Source of the DNA: Nitrospinales bacterium | GTDB lineage: Bacteria; Nitrospinota; Nitrospinia; Nitrospinales; VA-1 | Direction: 5' to 3' | DNA length: 64,000 bases | Assembly: GCA_965223795.1 (NCBI GenBank) | Contig: CBDCXL010000002.1 | Location: forward strand, 288,001-352,000 | Part shown: positions 18,097 to 26,845 of the stretch, piece by piece | Layout: every line of letters starts with the position of its first letter | Position numbering within the stretch: position 1 is the stretch's first letter | Notes under the pieces: model-generated | The model's database searches: none | What the model saw: the letters and a program-made list of their open reading frames with translations, nothing else | Told to the model about the DNA's origin: nothing | Translations under genes and position numbers: made by a program

Positions 18097-19302
18097 ATGA
18101 AAAAGAACACGAAGGGACTTTTTTCAGGCAGAACCGCCCGCCGGACACGCGCACACCTCATCGCCTACGCAGCGGTGGCGGTCCTGAGTTTGGGGCTCAC
18201 GGGAAACGGCGCGGCCGCTCCCGCCTCGATGTCCACCGCAACCGGTACTTCTGATTCCGCCAAGCAATGGGACCACGCTGTCGGTGATTTCGTGCAGCAG
18301 ATTGCGTCAAAGGTTCCCGGCGGTGCACCGGCCACGGTGGGCGTGTTCGACTTCAAGGAAATGCGGCACAACCGGGTCACGGATTTCAGCGCCCGCTTCA
18401 AGGAGGATTTCCTCGGTCATTTTTCCAAGGCCGACGGATTCCAATATAAGGAAGTGGATTTTGCAGGGGACGCCGCCTCTCCCTATGAAGCGGCCCGGAA
18501 AGCGAATCTGGATTATTTCGTGCGCGGATTTTTCAGAAACCGCACGGGCGGGCTGGACGTTTGGTCGCAACTGGTCGATGTGAAAACCGGCCGCATCGTG
18601 TCCTCGGATGCCACACGGATCGCGGGCAGCGCCATCGCGGATCACTACATGGCCCTATTGGACACGAAAAAGGAAGACGAGGTTTCCTACCGCGCGTTCG
18701 GTTCGCCATCGAACTATGAAGACGCCCTCGAAAAACTGCTCAAGATGAAACCGGCGGACTCCAATCTTCCGGTAAAAATCTGGACGGAGAAAACCGAATA
18801 CAAGATCGGCGACCCGATCAAGTTTTTCGTGAGAGCGGAGAAGTCGTGCTACCTGGTGCTGTTCGACGTGAGCCCGAACGGCGACACGACCGTGATCTTT
18901 CCCAACGCGGATTCAAAGAACAATTTCCTGGTGGAGAACGTGACGTACCAGATTCCGCCGAAAGACTCGGGCGTCGTGTTCAAGGTTCAGGGCCCGACCG
19001 GTCTGGAGCGGTTCAAAGCCATCGTCTCGCTCACGCCGGGATTGCCTCTGGATCTCAAGCGCAATCAGAAATTCTACACCTTCGACAAACACTCCCCCAA
19101 GGGCAGTAAGGACATTCAATATCTCGTGAAAACGTTCTCGGATGAAAAGCGGTCGCAATGGGGCGAGGACTCGATGGAAATCGTGATTCAGGACTCGTCC
19201 GAAGTCTTCATGCGCGGCAAGGGGATCACGCTTGTGGACAAACCGAAAAAGCCGATGGACATCATGGGAACGCTGGGCAGGGAAGCGTCACCCAAGGAAT
19301 GA
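18097..19302 (+). CDS. Exported protein: FlgO/CsgG-like N-domain + DUF4384 domain
   Basis: GAGGAG RBS before ATG 18097; long signal region; ATVGVFDF...FSARFKEDF (FlgO/TolB_N-like); VKIWTEKTEYKIGDPIKFFVRAEKSCYLVLFDVSPNGDTTVIFPN...YQIPP...FKVQGPTGLE (DUF4384 pattern). Confidence 0.8.
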   Translation: MKKNTKGLFSGRTARRTRAHLIAYAAVAVLSLGLTGNGAAAPASMSTATGTSDSAKQWDHAVGDFVQQIASKVPGGAPATVGVFDFKEMRHNRVTDFSARFKEDFLGHFSKADGFQYKEVDFAGDAASPYEAARKANLDYFVRGFFRNRTGGLDVWSQLVDVKTGRIVSSDATRIAGSAIADHYMALLDTKKEDEVSYRAFGSPSNYEDALEKLLKMKPADSNLPVKIWTEKTEYKIGDPIKFFVRAEKSCYLVLFDVSPNGDTTVIFPNADSKNNFLVENVTYQIPPKDSGVVFKVQGPTGLERFKAIVSLTPGLPLDLKRNQKFYTFDKHSPKGSKDIQYLVKTFSDEKRSQWGEDSMEIVIQDSSEVFMRGKGITLVDKPKKPMDIMGTLGREASPKE

Positions 19303-19305
19303 TTG

Positions 19306-19345
19306 TGTCATCCTGAGCCCTTCGGCAAAGCAGGTTGAAGGGCTC
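19306..19345. repeat. REP-like palindromic repeat, copy 2 (degenerate), between convergent genes
   Basis: TGTCATCCTGAGCCCTTCG...TGAAGGGCTC. Confidence 0.6.
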
Positions 19346-19394
19346 GGCGTGGCCCCTACTGTATGAAGGAAGGATTCTCCGTAAAGCCTGGAAG

Positions 19395-22300
19395 TCACTT
19401 GGCGCAGCGGAAACCAATGTCCGAGCTGCGATTTTCGGGCGGCACGAAGTAAAAATTGCCGGACTTCATGAAGCCCGAATCGTCGAGCCACGACCCGCCG
19501 CGCAGGATCTTGTTCTTGTCGTCGTGGGCGTCTTCCATCCATTCCCAGACATTGCCCACCATGTCATAGAGACCGAATTTGTTGGGCGGGAAGCTTCCCA
19601 CGGGCGCGGTTTTGCGGCCGTCGAACTTGCTGCCGCAGCCGTCGCAGCTGGCCATGTTCTTTTTGAGGGAATCGCCCCAATAGTATGCAGTTCGGGTTCC
19701 GGCGCGGGCCGCCTTCTCCCACTCGATGCTGGTCGGCAGACGCTTGCCGATGCGTTTGCAGTACTCCTTCGCCTCGGCCCAGGTCACTTTCTCGACGGGC
19801 AGATTCGCCCCCTTGAAATGGGACGGGTTGTTGCCCATGACCTTCTCGTAGTCTTCCTGTGTCGTTTCATACGCGTCGATGTAGAACGACTGCGCAAACG
19901 TGTTTTTGAGGGAACCGGCTTCCCCGGCGGCGAATTTACCGGACGGGATGAGGATCATCCCGCGGGTGCCGGTGTTGCGGGCCGGGCGGGATTGTTTCTT
20001 CTGCTTGGGATCGACACGGGCGGTGGTCAGGCGTTTTCCACCCGAGGACGCCTGCATGGCGGCGCTCTGCGAGCGGACGCAGCGGAAGCCGATGTCGCCG
20101 CTGCGGTTTTTGGGCAGCACGAAATACGAACCGTCCGGCGTCACGAAACTGGAATCGTCCATCCACGACCCGCCGCGCAGGAATTTATATTTTTTGTCGT
20201 GGGTCTCGTCGATCCACTCCCAGACATTGCCCACCATGTCGTAGAGACCGAATTTGTTGGGCGGGAAGCTTCCCACGGGCGCGGTCTTGAGGCCGTCGAA
20301 CTTGCTGCCGCAGCCGTCGCAGTTGGCGCGGTTCTTGCCGAGGTCGTTGCCCCAGTAGTATTTCGAGGCGGTGCCGCCGCGCGCGGCTTTTTCCCATTCC
20401 TCCGCAGTGGGCAGGCGTTTGCCGACACGTTTGCAGTACTCCTTCGCCTCGGCCCAGGTCACTTTCTCGACGGGCAGATCCGCTCCCTTGAAATGGGACG
20501 GGTTGTTGCCCATGACCTTCTCGAAATCTTTCTGTTTCACTTCATAGGTGTCGACGTAAAACGCGCCGAGCGATTTTTTCTCGAAGGCCCCGTACTTGCC
20601 CGCGACGAAGCTGCCGGCGGGGATCAGCACCATGTTGTCGAACCCGCTCGATTTTTTCTCATCCTTTGAACTTTGAGGTTCGAGCTTGGCCATTTTCATT
20701 TCCCGCTCGCGCGCTCTTTGCGCCCGCTGCTTGCGGCGCGCTTCGCGTATCTTGGAGATGCGCTGCTGTTCGGCGAGACGCTCGGCTTCTGCACGCTTGT
20801 TTTCCTCGGCGGCGCGCTCTTTCTCCCGGCGCTGGTTTTCGGCCTGCTGGGTCCGGCGCTTCTCTTCTTCCCGCTGCGCCCTCACCGCTTCGCGCTGCTT
20901 CTCTTCCCGGATTTCCTTGATCTTGAATTGCGCGAATTCCTTTTTGGGATTGTTGTCGGGATATTTGCTCAAAAACGCTTCCCAGGCGGACACCCGGTCC
21001 TGCACCGACACGTTTTTCTGATCGAGGCTCATCACCCTGGCGAACTCGGATTCGATCTCATTCTTGCGCTGGCTGGATTTCAACTCCTGCAGCTTTTTCT
21101 GAGCCAGATCGAGGCGCGGGTTGTTGTCGGGATACTTGCTGATGAAATCCTCCCAGGAGGCGATCTTCTGATCCACCGGTCCCTTGCCCTGATCGAGTTC
21201 CATCAGGTGCGCGAAGCGGGTTTCGATCTCTTTCTCGCGCGGGTCCACCTCCGGCTCTCCCTTGAGGACGCGCAGAATGCGCCGCGCTTCGTCCACCCGC
21301 GGGTTGTTGTCGGGATACAGGTTGATGAAGTCCTTCCAGAGCTTGATCTTGGTGTCACTGGACACGGAGGACTCGTCGAATTTATCCAGCTCCTTCAGCT
21401 TCAGGTAATGGTTTTCGATTCTGCGGCTGCGGTCCCCGCGTCCGGTGTCTCCGTCATTCTGCACCATCGCGTAAAGCTGATCGATCAGGAGCTCGTGGCC
21501 GCTCTGGACGCGCTCCGCCACCGTTTCCTGGTAAGCGTCCGCCGGCAGGTCGATGGGAAACACGAAATCGCCCTTATTGAGAAAACGGTTCTGGATTTTT
21601 CCGTATCGCGGGGTCTGGGTGCGGCGGCTCAGGTTGGTGACGGTCTCTTCGATGTACACGCCCAGTTCCGTGCCGGTCACGTAGCCGTCGCGGTTGCGGT
21701 CGGCTTCCCCTTCGAGGGCGGACACGAACTGGCGGCGGAAGATGCTGATGTCGGGAACCACCTGGTCGGCGGTGCCGGAACTCAGGAACTGCCGCACGGG
21801 TTTCCCGGTGCGCTGCTGGATGTCCTGCGGGATCGCGCGGCTGAGCCCGAACAGTGTGCCGGAAAAGCAGCTGTCGAACACGAACATCGCGTGCTTGGAT
21901 TCGATGGTCAGCGCGATGCCCTGAATGGACTGCATGCTGACGGAATGCTCAAAAAAACGGGTGAGGTCTTCCTTGGGGCTGGGGGCTTCGCGGGCGACGA
22001 TGTAGCCCATCCATTCTTCCGGGTCGCTGGTCGCGTATTTGGGCTTGTGGGTGTGGCCGTGGCCGGCAAAATAAAACAGCAGCCGGTTTTCCGGATTGAG
22101 ACCGTATTCGAGAACGAAATCCTTGAAGGCGGCTTCCAGTTCCCTGCGGTTGGGATCCATGACGACCCGTACCTGAAAGCCGACTTTGCGGAGCACTTCA
22201 CTGACGGCTTTGACGTCTTTTTTCACTCCCGGCAACCGGGGCCAGCCGCCGTTGTACTCGCTGACGCCGACGACCAGAGCGTGGCTTTCGCGATAAAGCG

Positions 22301-22442
22301 CGATCTGGTTGCCATTCTGGTCGACGACCGGCATCGCAACGACGCCGCGGGAGGCGGCGAACGCCTTGGGAAACTCTCCTGATAAAAAAGCCACCAGTAT
22401 GAGGAAGCCAGCGAATCCGATTGAAAAACAGACTCTTTTCAT
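19395..22442 (-). CDS. Exported caspase-family (peptidase C14) protein with helical repeats, coiled coil and two FGE-sulfatase (SUMF1) domains
   Basis: Signal peptide; SHALVVGVSEY; catalytic FYFAGHG and VFDSCFSG; three YPDNNP repeats; charged coiled coil; two domains with P.EKVTW.EA..YC...GKRLPT..EWEKAAR, PNKFGLYDMVGNVWEW, RGGSW and GFRC. Confidence 0.92.
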   Translation of the reverse strand: MKRVCFSIGFAGFLILVAFLSGEFPKAFAASRGVVAMPVVDQNGNQIALYRESHALVVGVSEYNGGWPRLPGVKKDVKAVSEVLRKVGFQVRVVMDPNRRELEAAFKDFVLEYGLNPENRLLFYFAGHGHTHKPKYATSDPEEWMGYIVAREAPSPKEDLTRFFEHSVSMQSIQGIALTIESKHAMFVFDSCFSGTLFGLSRAIPQDIQQRTGKPVRQFLSSGTADQVVPDISIFRRQFVSALEGEADRNRDGYVTGTELGVYIEETVTNLSRRTQTPRYGKIQNRFLNKGDFVFPIDLPADAYQETVAERVQSGHELLIDQLYAMVQNDGDTGRGDRSRRIENHYLKLKELDKFDESSVSSDTKIKLWKDFINLYPDNNPRVDEARRILRVLKGEPEVDPREKEIETRFAHLMELDQGKGPVDQKIASWEDFISKYPDNNPRLDLAQKKLQELKSSQRKNEIESEFARVMSLDQKNVSVQDRVSAWEAFLSKYPDNNPKKEFAQFKIKEIREEKQREAVRAQREEEKRRTQQAENQRREKERAAEENKRAEAERLAEQQRISKIREARRKQRAQRAREREMKMAKLEPQSSKDEKKSSGFDNMVLIPAGSFVAGKYGAFEKKSLGAFYVDTYEVKQKDFEKVMGNNPSHFKGADLPVEKVTWAEAKEYCKRVGKRLPTAEEWEKAARGGTASKYYWGNDLGKNRANCDGCGSKFDGLKTAPVGSFPPNKFGLYDMVGNVWEWIDETHDKKYKFLRGGSWMDDSSFVTPDGSYFVLPKNRSGDIGFRCVRSQSAAMQASSGGKRLTTARVDPKQKKQSRPARNTGTRGMILIPSGKFAAGEAGSLKNTFAQSFYIDAYETTQEDYEKVMGNNPSHFKGANLPVEKVTWAEAKEYCKRIGKRLPTSIEWEKAARAGTRTAYYWGDSLKKNMASCDGCGSKFDGRKTAPVGSFPPNKFGLYDMVGNVWEWMEDAHDDKNKILRGGSWLDDSGFMKSGNFYFVPPENRSSDIGFRCAK

Positions 22443-22879
22443 TTCATTGTCCCCGAACCGGGATCCTGCCGCCGTTGAAAGTTATGGTGAACGATTTCAT
22501 GGCTGAGCCATGAAAAAATATTACAAAAGCCCTCCTGCCCGGACGCGTTTTCAACGATCCCGGCTGCGAAACAGAAGAATTTCTACCTGGTTCTCTTTAT
22601 TTATAATGCCTGCCTGAATGCGGTTCAACCTAAAGTTAACACATTCTTTCAATTAAGATTCCACCTTTTTCCCGTTCGGACGGCCGGAAAGGATTTCCTC
22701 TGTAAACTCATGGATTTCGCCCGCATTTCTGTTTACAGATACATTCTCTTTATATCGCCGAAGACCGTCCGATGGCCTACGCCTGCTGCTGAGACTGTTC
22801 AGCCACGTGCCGCTAGGAAGCGCATTGAAAATGTGGTACAGAAGTGATGCGCTTTTTTCAGTGAACGCACAGGACACGC

Positions 22880-23071
22880 ATGCAAAGAAATCCCGGCCTC
22901 CGCACGATATTCATCATCTTCTGGGTGATCGGTTCGATCTTCTGGGTCCTGATCGGCGCGCTGGACGGCAATTTCGTCCGCAGCCTGATCTACATCGGCA
23001 TCGGCTGGGTGATCATCCTGACCTACCTGTCGGTCAAGGATTCGGTCAGCAAGGAAGACCCGGAAGACTGA
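22880..23071 (+). CDS. Small two-TM membrane protein
   Basis: 63 aa, two hydrophobic helices, AGGA RBS, GC3-rich codons like host genes. Confidence 0.7.
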   Translation: MQRNPGLRTIFIIFWVIGSIFWVLIGALDGNFVRSLIYIGIGWVIILTYLSVKDSVSKEDPED

Positions 23072-23237
23072 ACTTTTAGTATTTTAGTAGAGGACCTCGG
23101 ATAGTTCGATACGTCTCCGGCAGACAACTCGCGGCTCCTGCTTCCTAAGGAGTGCTCGTGTCCATTGGAATTTATCTGAGGCGCCCTGTATTTTCAGGGG
23201 GGACTGAAAATGGAGTGCTGGTACTAATGATACTGTT

Positions 23238-23921
23238 TTAAAACCGGAAACTCAACCCCACGCCGAGGTTGTGGCTCTTGTAGCCGGTCTGGAATTTGGT
23301 GAGCGTCACCGAGTTGGTGAATTCCGGGTCGGTGGTGGCGAAGTAGTGGTAATTGGCGAACAGGTCCATGTTGTCGTCCACCTCCAGGGCAAATCCCGCC
23401 TCGAACTTGTACGCCAGGACGAGGTCCTCATCGTCCACCCGCAGCGCGGTGGAACCCAGAACATCGCTGAAGGTGAGCTGCGCCGCGCCGATGCCCCCGC
23501 CCACATAGGGAGTCCAGGGGCTCTTGTTTTCCAGGTCGTAATACACGTTGCCCATGAAGCTCAAGGCGGACACATCGCCGCTGGTGGCGAAGGTCGAGCC
23601 GGCAACGGTGGCCTGGCTGACGTTGCTTTCGCGATACGCCACTTCTCCCTCGACCCTGAGCGAGCCGATTTTCATCCCCAGAGAACCGCTGGCGTGGTAG
23701 CCCTCGTCGAAATCGAAACTGGAGTCGTCCTGAGCTTCCTCCAGAAGCGTCAGCCCCGATTCGAGAGAAAAGTACATACTTTTCTTTTGCCCGGCGTGTG
23801 CCAGCCCGAACGACAACACGATCCACAGCGCGGCCCAAGCCGCCAGCACAGGGCGGGTAAGGCGGTGCACCGCAGCGGACCCCGGCAAACCGGGCCGATC
23901 TTTGGGATCGTCGTTGAACAT
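23238..23921 (-). CDS. Outer-membrane beta-barrel protein (OmpA/Opa-like porin family)
   Basis: Signal ending AHA; LRVEGEVAYR, FMGNVYYD, WTPYVGGGIG, and C-terminal HNLGVGLSFRF with terminal Phe. Start is uncertain. Confidence 0.88.
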   Translation of the reverse strand: MFNDDPKDRPGLPGSAAVHRLTRPVLAAWAALWIVLSFGLAHAGQKKSMYFSLESGLTLLEEAQDDSSFDFDEGYHASGSLGMKIGSLRVEGEVAYRESNVSQATVAGSTFATSGDVSALSFMGNVYYDLENKSPWTPYVGGGIGAAQLTFSDVLGSTALRVDDEDLVLAYKFEAGFALEVDDNMDLFANYHYFATTDPEFTNSVTLTKFQTGYKSHNLGVGLSFRF

Positions 23922-24216
23922 GAAGCTATCGGGATTCCTGTTTTTTTGCGAAGAAAACGGACCTTCGCATCGCGTCTCTGGGGGAAGCTCTAATTTACAT
24001 TCCATGCGCTCGCTTTGTCCATCATAAACTTGCGATTTTTGTGGCTGCCGCGAAAAAATCAACGCCTGTGTCCGCCATCCAGAGCGGGGAGATGGACTGC
24101 TTCCCCTGCACTTCCCGGCGCGATGCCATGCATGGTCCGGGCACGCCGGCCATGCCCTTCCGCCGCGCGCACCCCCTAACCCCTTATATGTGAGCTGGTT
24201 ACTCAGCCCCTCGTTT

Positions 24217-24232
24217 TGGCACAGCCTCTGCA
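24217..24232 (+). promoter_or_regulatory. Sigma54 -24/-12 promoter
   Basis: TGGCACAGCCTCTGCA (GG-N10-GC), 65 nt upstream of the small ORF at 24297. Confidence 0.6.
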
Positions 24233-24296
24233 CTTGTGAGAGTAGCGAGCCGATGAGGCCGCGATGACATGAACTCTCAACTCAGGAGGCAGCGGC

Positions 24297-24497
24297 ATGA
24301 ATTGGTCCCATTCTTTCTACGAATCTCTGGATGAACATGTGGATTTCGCGGGCAACGAATTTTACGGATGCGCGGAGCGCGATGACAGTTACTGCGGCGA
24401 GGTCTGCCCCTCTCCCTGCTATCTGGGTGGTGAAGGTTGCGATTCGCAACCCGACGCAGGCGAGCGGTTTTCCCGGCTCCTGAGTGGAGAGCTGTGA
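24297..24497 (+). CDS. Small acidic cysteine-rich peptide (66 aa)
   Basis: AGGAGG RBS 7 nt before ATG; 5 Cys (C-x7-C-x3-C-x3-C-x6-C); downstream of a sigma54 motif. Confidence 0.55.
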   Translation: MNWSHSFYESLDEHVDFAGNEFYGCAERDDSYCGEVCPSPCYLGGEGCDSQPDAGERFSRLLSGEL

Positions 24498-24507
24498 GGA
24501 ACCGGTC

Positions 24508-24720
24508 ATGGCCACGTTGATTTCTCATCCAAAGCGCGTGCATCTGGACCTCAGCGTTCCAGCGGTCAGGATGTTCGATGGAAAAATCAAGGTTGCGGGC
24601 GCGGCGCCGCGGCAGGATGCGCCTGCGGTGCGCCGGAGGGGAACCCCCCGTTCAGAATGCAGGTTTCCGGCTTTTTTGAGGATGCTGCTGTTCTTCTTCG
24701 TGCAACTGCATATGTTTTGA
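24508..24720 (+). CDS. Small basic protein with hydrophobic C-terminus (70 aa)
   Basis: GAGGA RBS overlapping the previous stop; MATLISHPKR...LRMLLFFFVQLHMF. Confidence 0.4.
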   Translation: MATLISHPKRVHLDLSVPAVRMFDGKIKVAGAAPRQDAPAVRRRGTPRSECRFPAFLRMLLFFFVQLHMF

Positions 24721-24847
24721 GCGCGGCTTCATTGCACCGCACGCATCGCATCATAACAGTTGAATTTTAAAAAGAAAATTATTTTTTCGGTGAGTATACC
24801 GAGTGCTTTTTTACCCGATAATTTGAACAACCGCACTCGCAAAAAAA

Positions 24848-25945
24848 CTATCTGGGTCCGGCGTCACCGAAGCGGCGGTTGAAGCGGTTCACCGCCTGGA
24901 TCTCTCCGTATTTGGCGAAATCGTTGTAGAACTCCACCCACTGGGATTCGCCGATCTTTTTATTCTCCACTTCGATCTGTGTCATCTTGAGCAGGTTCTG
25001 TTTTTTGCCTTCGATGGCGTTCAGCCCTTCCTCGCCGCTGCCGCCGTACACCAGCTCATACACGTTGCGCTGCACCAGCACGCCGAGTAGCTTTTCGATG
25101 ATGGTGCTGGAACGGTCTTCCATTTTCTGGCCGAGCAGGAAGCATTCCTTGAGGAAATCTCCGGACAGGCCCTCCACGCTTTTACCGCCGCACATGTCCT
25201 TGAAGTAGCTGAACTGCACGTTGTTCACCATGTTGCCGAAAGCGAAGTAGTTGGCGAGGTAGTCGCCGTAGCCCAGTTTCTGCGAGGTGGCGCGCGATTC
25301 GTTGAACAGCGGCAGCACGTAGCTTTCGTATTTTTCCAGGGCGTTGCCCTGTCTGAGATAATCCGCGGCGGCATCCACGTTGCCGCGCTGGTGCTCGATC
25401 ACCGCCATCTGGTACCAGGGCAGCGCGTTTTCCGGGTCGGCGATGGCGAAGGACTGCATGAGCACCTGCTTGCCGTGGCAGAACGGCGGCACGGCATTGT
25501 CCTCCTGCTCGCAGATGAAGCAGTGGATGATGGCGGACGCCAGGATCAACGGATCGTTGCGGTCGGCTTCCAGAGCCAGCCGGAACAGATCGTTCTGCAG
25601 CTCGGAATCTCCGGCCTCCTGCGAGGCCGCGACGAGAAGGTCGCGCGGCGTTCCGGTCTCGATCAAGCGCTGCATATTCGCGGTGGAATAGCGCAGCCGG
25701 TTTTCGATGGACGCGGACACGTGCATCCACTCTTCCGTGAAGGGTTCGAGCCGGTTGAGCGTTTCGATCTCTTCAAACGTGGGCAGCGCGGGGGACCCGT
25801 TCCCGGCAAGGGTCGTTCCGCCTTCAGGATTCCCTACCTGCGTGATGGTGCCCGTTCGTGCGTAGGATTCCGAATCGGCCGTCACAAGGCCGGGAAATAC
25901 GAGGCATTGGAGCAGCAAAACAGCGGTCGCCAGACGTCGTCTCAT
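24848..25945 (-). CDS. Hypothetical exported helical (TPR-like) protein
   Basis: Signal peptide MRRRLATAVLLLQC...; ADPENALPWYQMA TPR-like segment; several Cys; host-like codon usage. Confidence 0.8.
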   Translation of the reverse strand: MRRRLATAVLLLQCLVFPGLVTADSESYARTGTITQVGNPEGGTTLAGNGSPALPTFEEIETLNRLEPFTEEWMHVSASIENRLRYSTANMQRLIETGTPRDLLVAASQEAGDSELQNDLFRLALEADRNDPLILASAIIHCFICEQEDNAVPPFCHGKQVLMQSFAIADPENALPWYQMAVIEHQRGNVDAAADYLRQGNALEKYESYVLPLFNESRATSQKLGYGDYLANYFAFGNMVNNVQFSYFKDMCGGKSVEGLSGDFLKECFLLGQKMEDRSSTIIEKLLGVLVQRNVYELVYGGSGEEGLNAIEGKKQNLLKMTQIEVENKKIGESQWVEFYNDFAKYGEIQAVNRFNRRFGDAGPR

Positions 25946-25986
25946 GGTTTTCTCGCTTTTTTTCAAGGGTTTATTGAGTAATGAAG

Positions 25987-26002
25987 AGCAAACCCTGTGC
26001 CA
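25987..26002 (-). promoter_or_regulatory. Sigma54 -24/-12 promoter
   Basis: Minus strand TGGCACAGGGTTTGCT, a TGGCAC-N5-TTGCT consensus match, about 42 nt upstream of ATG 25945. Confidence 0.8.
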
Positions 26003-26180
26003 AACGAAATACCTTGAAAAACCGCCGTTTCGCTCCGGGCAGGACTTGGACGTGATGGCTTAAAGTATGATTTTTCAGACAGTTGACGCGATATGTCCGA
26101 TCGGGCGCATCGGGGCGGGAGAACAGATGCGGATTATCCGAATTGCCGCATTCCAGAGCCAGGAATAAAAAAACTCCTTA

Positions 26181-26237
26181 TGTCACCCTGAGCTTTTCGA
26201 AGGGTGCACAGTCATGCTTCGACAAGCTCAGCATGAC
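26181..26237. repeat. REP-like palindromic repeat, copy 3
   Basis: TGTCACCCTGAGCTTTTCGAAGGGTG...CATGCTTCGACAAGCTCAGCATGAC. Confidence 0.85.
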
Positions 26238-26443
26238 GAGCTAAAAACGTAGACAAAGGTCTCCGGGTGTGGGGAAGGGACGCCCGGGGAATGGAAACTG
26301 GTTTCGTAGGTGGGGGTTTTGTTCGGGAAAAAGGTGCTGATTCCCCACCAGAGCAGAGCGAGAGCCGCGATCAGGGCCACGGCGATTTGCAGCCAGACCG
26401 GTGCCGGCGATTTGCCGCCGCCGTTGGACGATTCGTTCACCAC
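26228..26443 (-). CDS. Small single-TM membrane protein
   Basis: One strong TM helix; start overlaps the upstream gene's stop; its own stop falls inside REP-like copy 3. Confidence 0.55.
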   Translation of the reverse strand: MVNESSNGGGKSPAPVWLQIAVALIAALALLWWGISTFFPNKTPTYETSFHSPGVPSPHPETFVYVFSSSC

Positions 26444-26817
26444 AATTCTCCGTTATAGGAAGGTTCGGGACGCAGCATTGTTTCAGTTTCCGCGCCGGTT
26501 TGAAGTTGACGGACCAGGCGCTCGTCCAGGTCCTGCAACTGGTGGATCACCTGCGAGAACTCGACGATCAGGGCGCCGACGCTTTCCTGGTCGCGGGGAT
26601 CGAGTTCGCCGCCCGCCTGCATCAGGCCTCCAAGACCCGCCAGGGCGCGGCCGAACCAGCGCCGCGCCGACTTGATCTCGCGCAGGCGCTCAAGTGCTTC
26701 GTCTTTCCCGCCTGCACCGGTAAGACGAACGCGGGTTTCTTCCGCCACGCGCATCCAGGTTGTGATGGGCCCCTTAAGATCCGGCTTAGATTCTGTGGAT
26801 GATTCCGGTTCGATCAT
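26437..26817 (-). CDS. Hypothetical helical protein
   Basis: ORF from MIEPESS (ATG 26817), co-directional between two other hypothetical genes. Confidence 0.55.
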   Translation of the reverse strand: MIEPESSTESKPDLKGPITTWMRVAEETRVRLTGAGGKDEALERLREIKSARRWFGRALAGLGGLMQAGGELDPRDQESVGALIVEFSQVIHQLQDLDERLVRQLQTGAETETMLRPEPSYNGELW

Positions 26818-26845
26818 GCGTTTTTCCCGGCTCCAGTCCGCACAC

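Noticed and set aside
19395..20633. Diversity-generating retroelement (TR/VR pair) suggested by duplicated CLec-fold FGE domains
   Set aside because: Both copies are in-frame parts of one gene, the mismatches checked are not adenine-specific, and no reverse transcriptase or Avd gene is in the window.
23072..23237. Possible structured ncRNA between the small membrane gene and the OM barrel gene
   Set aside because: Only short imperfect inverted repeats (e.g. CCCTG...CAGGG) and no recognisable family; cannot be supported without covariance analysis.
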